Source of the DNA: Alphaproteobacteria bacterium
GTDB lineage: Bacteria; Pseudomonadota; Alphaproteobacteria; CAAHEQ01; UBA3637
Assembly: GCA_045605805.1 (NCBI GenBank)
Contig: JAZUQR010000008.1
Span: 35,932-67,931 of the forward strand
DNA length: 32,000 nt
Direction: 5' to 3'
Shown here: piece after piece, positions 31,966 through 32,000 of the stretch
How positions within the stretch are numbered: the stretch's first letter is position 1
How the letters are laid out: each line of letters begins with the position of its first letter
Program-made: the position numbers and the translations under genes
The notes under the pieces: generated by a model
Databases searched by the model: none
What the model was told of the DNA's origin: nothing
What the model saw: only the letters and a program-made list of their open reading frames with translations

Positions 31966-32000
31966 TTTAACGCCAAAGAGGTGCCGTATGGAGAACAAAC

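Noticed and set aside
31988-32000. Possible start of mreC (ATGGAGAACAAAC after AAAGAGG)
   Set aside because: Only 13 nt are visible. The synteny makes it plausible, but it cannot be supported from this window.

Overview
The window has four parts. (1) 1-12635 is the late region of a siphovirus-like, lambda-type prophage. It holds a tail tube gene, a G/GT-type chaperone pair with a -1 frameshift, a tape measure gene, a multi-gene tail-fibre cassette, L/K/I-J-like tip genes, and a lysis cassette with an overlapping spanin pair. A phage-style HU gene follows at 12733-13005. (2) 13057-20247 is one tightly packed plus-strand operon containing a diversity-generating retroelement (DGR). Its genes are a SLOG-like gene, an Avd-like gene, a 120-bp template repeat (TR, 14516-14635) and a DGR-type reverse transcriptase. 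The matching variable repeat (VR, 16142-16261) differs from TR at 24 positions, all of them TR adenines, with no mismatch at the 83 non-A positions. The layout is unusual. The VR lies downstream of the RT and near the 5' end (codons 53-92 of 649) of a protein whose C-terminal half is a MoxR/AAA_5-like ATPase. That gene is translationally coupled to a 154-aa orphan gene and to an HExxH-metallopeptidase/VWA protein. I read this as a candidate hypervariable sensor-ATPase-VWA conflict or defence system, and it is the most interesting object in the window. (3) 20290-28601 on the minus strand is a Type III restriction-modification operon extended by two genes: mod, an unknown membrane ORF, res, and an SNF2-family helicase. 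(4) 28816-32000 looks like chromosomal backbone. It holds a small ORF, tRNA-Pro(GGG), two small membrane ORFs behind a near-consensus promoter, a promoter-to-terminator unit with no ORF (sRNA candidate), a prepilin-like gene and mreB. I found no CRISPR array, IS element or integrase. All calls come from reading the sequence and the ORF translations; no database searches were run.
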